Shown here: one piece after another, positions 33,395 to 37,825 of the stretch
Layout of the letters: every line of letters begins with the position of its first letter
Position numbering within the stretch: position 1 is the first letter of the stretch
IMG/VR virus record: IMGVR_UViG_3300020044_007934
Span: 1 to 37,825 of that record
DNA length: 37,825 nt
DNA from: a virus
Lineage: Duplodnaviria > Caudoviricetes
Strand: one strand, 5' to 3'
Notes under the pieces: model-generated
What the model was told of the DNA's origin: nothing
Database searches by the model: none
The model's input: only the letters and a program-made list of their open reading frames with translations
Made by a program: the position numbers and the translations under genes

Positions 33395-33423
33395 GGGGAT
33401 AGTTTAACACGAAAGAGGTATAT

Positions 33424-34017
33424 ATGAAAAGCGAAAAACTAGACTTATTGATTCCAGCATTGATTAAAGCGCAGGGTGAATTAGAGCACGCTAAGAAGGA
33501 TTCACAAAATCCGCACTTTAAATCTAAGTACGCTGATTTGGCAACCGTACTTGATACCTGTAAAGAGGTGCTAAAAACTAACGACCTAGCAATCACCCAC
33601 CAGCGCGAATCAACTGAATCTGGTGAGTATCTAATTACTACGCTGTGGCATAAATCAGCTCAGTATTTATCTAGTCGCTCAAAGCTGCTGCCAACCAAAC
33701 AAGACCCGCAAGGCTTTGGGTCTGCAACGACTTACGCGAGGCGTTATGATTTATCTGCGCTTATTGGATTGGCTTCGGATGATGACGATGGAAATGCCGC
33801 TAGTGCGCCAGCTAAAAAAGAATCTTTGGCAAGCCGTAACAAACGTTATGAAGCGTTGATTGAGGAGTTATCAAAGAGCAGCGACCCTGCCGCAACGTGG
33901 GGGCTTTACAAAGAAGATATAGCGGTATTCCGTGCAGATATGGGTGAGGAGTATTATATTCAATTAGTAGATGTGGCAAGTAAACGTAAAACAGAATTGG
34001 CGGTGAACAATGGATAA
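33424..34017 (+). CDS. erf: ERF-family single-strand annealing protein
   Basis: KDSQNPHFKSKYADL and DPQGFGSATTYARRYDLSALIGLASDDDDGN are the ERF signature. Confidence 0.92.
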   Translation: MKSEKLDLLIPALIKAQGELEHAKKDSQNPHFKSKYADLATVLDTCKEVLKTNDLAITHQRESTESGEYLITTLWHKSAQYLSSRSKLLPTKQDPQGFGSATTYARRYDLSALIGLASDDDDGNAASAPAKKESLASRNKRYEALIEELSKSSDPAATWGLYKEDIAVFRADMGEEYYIQLVDVASKRKTELAVNNG

Positions 34018-34312
34018 CGAAAAAACATACAACGTAAGCGCAAAGCGTGCTGATACTGGCAGGTGGTGGCAATTTGGGCGGTTAGAACACAACAGCCAAT
34101 ATGATTCATGGCGCATTGGTATGAAGGTAACGCCTGAGTTAATCGCACTGGTTAAAGCGAACGAAGGCAAATATGTAAACTTCAGTTTGTTTGAGAAAGA
34201 GGAAAAACGCGACACGCCGCCAGAGGCAAAGCAGGGGATTAAAACACTTAACGCAACGGCTGGGGCTTTGTTAGATGATAGCATCCCTTTTAGCCCTAGA
34301 TATTGGTTCTAA
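34010..34312 (+). CDS. Putative small ssDNA-binding protein
   Basis: Follows erf and has the acidic tail LLDDSIPF. Confidence 0.6.
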   Translation: MDNEKTYNVSAKRADTGRWWQFGRLEHNSQYDSWRIGMKVTPELIALVKANEGKYVNFSLFEKEEKRDTPPEAKQGIKTLNATAGALLDDSIPFSPRYWF

Positions 34313-34728
34313 TGAAACTCTCATTCATAGTCACACCGCAGGGGTTATTGCCAGAAGGCATTAGGGATACGCTTAAACGTGTCATCCCTACCTTTGCTGG
34401 TAAGCGTATGTGGTTAGAGTTGCGCGAGTTTAAAGAAAAGCGCAGCCTTGACCAAAATAGTTATTATCGCGGGGTGGTTTTGCCTCATGTGAGAATGGTA
34501 ATGTTTGAAGCGGGTGATGCTAATACGGTGGATTACTGGCATGAGGTGCTGTTATCAAGTTTTGCGCCGTTGGTGGACGTGGTTAATATACACGGCGAAG
34601 TCACTAAACAACCACAAAGAACGCATTTAATGGACGTAGAAACCATGAATAAGTTTATCACTGCAATCAGCGCTGAGATGGCTACACGGGGCTACCCAGT
34701 GCCAATTAAAGAGGGGATTTATGCTTAG
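34312..34728 (+). CDS. NinB/Orf-like recombination accessory protein
   Basis: KRSLDQNSYY...WHEVL...THLMDVETMNKFITAI. Start MKLSF at 34312 (TAATG). Confidence 0.7.
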   Translation: MKLSFIVTPQGLLPEGIRDTLKRVIPTFAGKRMWLELREFKEKRSLDQNSYYRGVVLPHVRMVMFEAGDANTVDYWHEVLLSSFAPLVDVVNIHGEVTKQPQRTHLMDVETMNKFITAISAEMATRGYPVPIKEGIYA

Positions 34729-34909
34729 AGATTACGACACCAACACCATAACAGGGCATTTAGCGTACTATAACCTAAAAGCGCATAAAAACCACTCAGC
34801 GGTAGAATATAGCCGCCGATACAAACATTCGCTACGCTGTGAGAATAAATTAATCGCTCATATTCTGGGCTGGATATGGGTTAAAACGGGGTTTTACATT
34901 TATGGATAA
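34721..34909 (+). CDS. Hypothetical protein
   Basis: 62-aa ORF with GAGGGG RBS. Confidence 0.5.
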   Translation: MLRDYDTNTITGHLAYYNLKAHKNHSAVEYSRRYKHSLRCENKLIAHILGWIWVKTGFYIYG

Positions 34910-35099
34910 TTACATTAATCAAGCTGCTGCTGCAAAGATTGTCGGAATCAGCTCACAAAGGCTAGGCGTTCTGGTTAAGCAAAAGCGGTTTATCAAAGGC
35001 AAGTTGAAGTTTAACAAGCACTCCAACCGTAAGATTTTGTATTACAAAGTCGAGGATGTTGTTGAGTACGCTAAGAATCGCGTTTCACCCTCGGTTTAG
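34902..35099 (+). CDS. Xis/MerR-like winged HTH protein
   Basis: YINQAAAAKIVGISSQRLGVLVKQKRF...YYKVEDVVEY. Confidence 0.7.
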   Translation: MDNYINQAAAAKIVGISSQRLGVLVKQKRFIKGKLKFNKHSNRKILYYKVEDVVEYAKNRVSPSV

Positions 35100-35286
35100 G
35101 TCGCACTCGGTTAATCGTCACCGCACCATCAGCCCATGCAGTAGGACACCGTGTAGGCTCGCACTTTAGCGCGGCTTCATACAGAGCATAACATAATTTT
35201 CTAACACGTTCCGAATCATCCATAAAGCCTAGCTCAGTTGCTATTGCAGCGGCAGCCATAGATGTATATTTGAAACGTGCGTCCAT
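35071..35286 (-). CDS. Hypothetical protein
   Basis: 71-aa ORF, last gene of the minus-strand early arm. Confidence 0.5.
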   Translation of the reverse strand: MDARFKYTSMAAAAIATELGFMDDSERVRKLCYALYEAALKCEPTRCPTAWADGAVTINRVRPKPRVKRDS

Positions 35287-35615
35287 TATTTGTCCCCATA
35301 AATAGATTTTAGCTCGTCTATCCTTGCGGTGTATTTATCGCAAGCTTCTTTAATTGTTTTCATCATTTCTTCGTGTGCATCAACCGCCGCCCCAAGAGCA
35401 GATTTCATTTCATTATCACCGCCAGCGCAAATTATTTTTTGATTTATGTGTCTTAATTCGTAGCCGCTACCTATTTTCCAATGCTGATTATGCTTTATAT
35501 TAATAACGTGTTCACCTACTTTTCCCACCTCCGCTATGTGCGGAACGGTGTCATATTTGGAAATATATGGCGCACCCTTAGAGAAAAGAACTTTTTGCCC
35601 GCGCTTAAACATCAC
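35286..35615 (-). CDS. Hypothetical protein (SH3-like N-terminus)
   Basis: 109-aa ORF starting MFKRGQKV, with GGAG RBS. Confidence 0.55.
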   Translation of the reverse strand: MMFKRGQKVLFSKGAPYISKYDTVPHIAEVGKVGEHVINIKHNQHWKIGSGYELRHINQKIICAGGDNEMKSALGAAVDAHEEMMKTIKEACDKYTARIDELKSIYGDK

Positions 35616-35773
35616 TCCCTCTCCGCCAGCTTTTTATAAAGCGTTCCTAATGGTATATTAAACTTTATCGCGGCTTTTGTCGCGCCCTGTTTGTTCTCAC
35701 GCATCCATTTGACTATTTCGGGTATGAGGTCGTCGTATTTGCGTTGTGGTGATGGGTTTTTCCAGCGGGTCAT
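35612..35773 (-). CDS. Small HTH protein (53 aa, not in ORF track)
   Basis: MTRWKNPSPQRKY...GATKAAIKFNIPLGTLYKKL is a psq/Fis-like HTH, coupled to neighbours on both sides. Confidence 0.6.
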   Translation of the reverse strand: MTRWKNPSPQRKYDDLIPEIVKWMRENKQGATKAAIKFNIPLGTLYKKLAERE

Positions 35774-36093
35774 GGCGTTATACCATGTAACGAAAGAATT
35801 TTGCGCAAACGGATGTTTTCCTTAAGCAAATCATTAACTGCCGCGTGTTTGCTTTCTTGTCTACGCAATAACATTTTTCGCGCCATCGATAAAAACTGCT
35901 CACGACTGCAATGAATAATGCCAATAGCTACCCTATCAGCGTCATTTAAAAAAATGATGGGCTTTCCGTTTTTGTCTTTGGCTTCGTTTATTGACGTGAA
36001 AACTAAATCATCAAGCCATAATTCTAATTCGTGTTTTTGGCTACCAGTGTATAAACTAAAAAAAGGCGCATCATGGATTCTTTCTACACTCAT
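35770..36093 (-). CDS. Hypothetical protein
   Basis: 107-aa ORF with GGAGG RBS. Confidence 0.55.
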   Translation of the reverse strand: MSVERIHDAPFFSLYTGSQKHELELWLDDLVFTSINEAKDKNGKPIIFLNDADRVAIGIIHCSREQFLSMARKMLLRRQESKHAAVNDLLKENIRLRKILSLHGITP

Positions 36094-36491
36094 ACCCCCT
36101 CCTTCAATCCCTCTAAAAGCGCATCGGCTTTGGTTGTGTAGTGCTTTGCCGCAGCTTGTGCATTTGATGCCCCATTTACATACCCAGCCCAGTCAGCAAC
36201 ATTTACTATGCCTTCCCGCATTTCCGCCACCAATTCAACAAGTTGGTTGATGGCTTGGATTGCATCAGGTGCGGCGGCTATAAATGCAATATCGTCTGGC
36301 TCTAAGTTTGGCGATTCGTCAACATCAATAAGCGTATAATCGCTTTCAACTTTATCCCATCCCTCTTTGCTGTCATTAATTACACAAGCATTTAATCGTT
36401 GATTGCTGTCATGTGCATACCAGTTGCCGGCCGCACGCTTCTCATCCAACTCACGCAACCGCTTAATGCTATCTGATAGCTCGTTGGTCAT
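36090..36491 (-). CDS. Ead/Ea22-like early protein
   Basis: RLRELDEKRAAGNW...DDIAFIAAAPDAI pattern. Confidence 0.6.
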   Translation of the reverse strand: MTNELSDSIKRLRELDEKRAAGNWYAHDSNQRLNACVINDSKEGWDKVESDYTLIDVDESPNLEPDDIAFIAAAPDAIQAINQLVELVAEMREGIVNVADWAGYVNGASNAQAAAKHYTTKADALLEGLKEGV

Positions 36492-36652
36492 AAATTAATC
36501 CTTACAAATTGCTTTCTTTGGTTTTTTGAGCAAAGAATTGTTTGCCAATACATTGTCGGTGATTTCTTCAATATTTTCAGAAAGCACCTCTTTTGCCGCA
36601 GCAGATGGTGATAGTCCTAATTTTATTTTTTCATTTAATTTTTCATATAGTG

Positions 36653-36922
36653 TCATACATTCCTCCAGCATGAAAGTTTTGTCATAGCCGCTTTAACAGC
36701 GTCTTCATCAAACCACATATCATAGCTATCGCTTTGGCACGTTTCCAAAGCCTCCACCACCTCATCCATAACAGGGGTAAGGTGGTTGATTGTGGCATTA
36801 GCTAGTGACACAATATCGCATTGCGTTTTTTGTTTACCGTCAATGTTATCTAATGCAAGCCGCTCAATTTCGTCACCAAGCACTGCCGCCAACTCATCGC
36901 GTAATTGTTGTTTTGTTTTCAT
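36653..36922 (-). CDS. Hypothetical protein
   Basis: 89-aa ORF, ATGA-coupled. Confidence 0.55.
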   Translation of the reverse strand: MKTKQQLRDELAAVLGDEIERLALDNIDGKQKTQCDIVSLANATINHLTPVMDEVVEALETCQSDSYDMWFDEDAVKAAMTKLSCWRNV

Positions 36923-37113
36923 GGCTCAACTTTCTCTACTTTTGTTATGTTCGCCGAAATCCATTCAGCCCAACAGTGCATGCAGTGATGGTCGTCTTTG
37001 CCGCCAATTGTAATGTGAATAGAGCCAACCAATTCACCGTGAATCGGGCACAAGTATTTGTCATTATAACCCATATCAACCCCCAAATGTGTTATTGTTA
37101 TTAAGCCGCTCAA
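36919..37113 (-). CDS. Small zinc-binding protein
   Basis: CPIHG...HCMHCW. Confidence 0.5.
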   Translation of the reverse strand: MSGLITITHLGVDMGYNDKYLCPIHGELVGSIHITIGGKDDHHCMHCWAEWISANITKVEKVEP

Positions 37114-37387
37114 ATCTTGAAACCTCGCGCTCGATGCGTGGCATGGCTTTACCCATATCCAGCACCGCTTGCTCTACTTTATCCAACCGACTGCGCAGCT
37201 CGGCTATCTCACGCTGCTGCTTATCGCTACGCATGCGAAGCCTGTCCATACCAGCGCGGGCGGCTAACTTATCATCAACTAACTGCTCGATGGTTTCGTT
37301 CTTTGCGCGGATTATGTTTAGAAGTGATTTCACTGTATCGTTACCGTAAGGTTCAAAGCCAATATGTCCTAAAATGTCATTTGTCAT
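37076..37387 (-). CDS. Hypothetical coiled-coil protein
   Basis: 103-aa ORF with AGGGG RBS. Confidence 0.6.
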   Translation of the reverse strand: MTNDILGHIGFEPYGNDTVKSLLNIIRAKNETIEQLVDDKLAARAGMDRLRMRSDKQQREIAELRSRLDKVEQAVLDMGKAMPRIEREVSRFERLNNNNTFGG

Positions 37388-37547
37388 TTTTTACCCCTAG
37401 ATTAATTGCATACAATACAAGCTCACGAAACGTTGAAGCCATAGTACGCTTTTCGGTCTTTGCTTTTGCTTTAATGTATTGATAGGTTTCTTCGGCAACC
37501 AGCACCGTAATATATCGTAGTTTTTTCTTAGCCATTCCTTGCTCCAT
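37377..37547 (-). CDS. Ribbon-helix-helix (Arc/CopG-like) regulator (56 aa, not in ORF track)
   Basis: MEQGMAKKKLRYITVLVAEETYQYIKAKAKTEKRTMASTFRELVLYAI: an alternating beta strand followed by two helices. First gene after a promoter. Confidence 0.7.
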   Translation of the reverse strand: MEQGMAKKKLRYITVLVAEETYQYIKAKAKTEKRTMASTFRELVLYAINLGVKNDK

Positions 37548-37562
37548 AAAAAGTTACACCTC

Positions 37563-37591
37563 ACAATAGCGAGATAATTTTATATAGTCAA
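37563..37591 (-). promoter_or_regulatory. Leftward early sigma70 promoter
   Basis: Minus strand TTGACT, 17-nt spacer, TATTGT. Confidence 0.75.
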
Positions 37592-37625
37592 GCAAAATAA
37601 TTTTATAATAATTTTAATTTTATGC

Positions 37626-37654
37626 TTGACACCACAATCACCCCGCGCTATGGT
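37626..37654 (+). promoter_or_regulatory. Rightward early sigma70 promoter
   Basis: TTGACA, 17-nt spacer, TATGGT, with an AT-rich UP region shared with the leftward promoter. Confidence 0.8.
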
Positions 37655-37682
37655 GATGGGACTAACAACACAGGAGGCTATC

Positions 37683-37781
37683 ATGATTAACTGGCTCAAA
37701 GGACAATGGGATAAGGACACGGCTTTGATTGGCTTGGCTGTTTATGGTTTGGGTTGCATGGTATTTCTGGGGGTGGTATGA
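37683..37781 (+). CDS. 32-aa single-TM peptide (not in ORF track)
   Basis: MINWLKGQWDKDTALIGLAVYGLGCMVFLGVV*, with AGGAGG RBS. Confidence 0.6.
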   Translation: MINWLKGQWDKDTALIGLAVYGLGCMVFLGVV

Positions 37782-37825
37782 AAAAGCCAAACAGCGAACA
37801 TTTTATTGTAGCCATATTCCTAGCT
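37778..37825 (+). CDS. 5' part of a small membrane protein, cut by the window end
   Basis: MKKPNSEHFIVAIFLA..., ATGA-coupled and similar to MKPSSEHYMLAMLF at 73. Confidence 0.55.
   Translation, partial: MKKPNSEHFIVAIFLA

Noticed and set aside
34902-35099. Excisionase implying an integration module
   Set aside because: No integrase or att site next to it. It converges on ordinary early genes, so it is treated as a regulator.
1-37825. Genome-wide stop-codon reassignment
   Set aside because: Terminase, portal, capsid and other long genes are intact under the standard code, and coding density is high.

Overview
The window looks like a complete or near-complete ~37.8 kb podovirus-type (P22/N4-capsid-like) phage genome of a Gram-negative host. 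It is probably circularly permuted: the ORF cut at 37778-37825 is a paralog of the ORF at 73. Layout: (i) two divergent arms of small early genes driven from back-to-back sigma70 promoters at 37563-37654, with an unannotated ribbon-helix-helix regulator first on the minus arm and a Lar-like gene on the plus arm; (ii) a recombination operon (ERF, SSB-like, NinB-like, Xis-like HTH; + strand); (iii) a long minus-strand block: VRR-NUC nuclease, SNF2 helicase plus amino-methyltransferase, replication initiator with iteron-like repeats, helicase loader, terminase, portal, scaffold, major capsid, short-tail proteins, GNAT, three ejection proteins, tail fibre, lysis genes and a DEDD exonuclease. I found no integrase, CI repressor, polymerase, reverse transcriptase, CRISPR array or canonical tRNA. 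The most striking unexplained signals are non-coding. They are a strongly promoted ~117-nt multi-hairpin RNA with complementary loops (3522-3638), a three-way-junction/pseudoknot leader in front of the replication initiator (30268-30349), a set of three promoters sharing GTTTAT heptad repeats, and repeat-bounded early-gene cassettes (1835-2451). Protein calls rest on motifs read by eye plus gene order; no database search was run.
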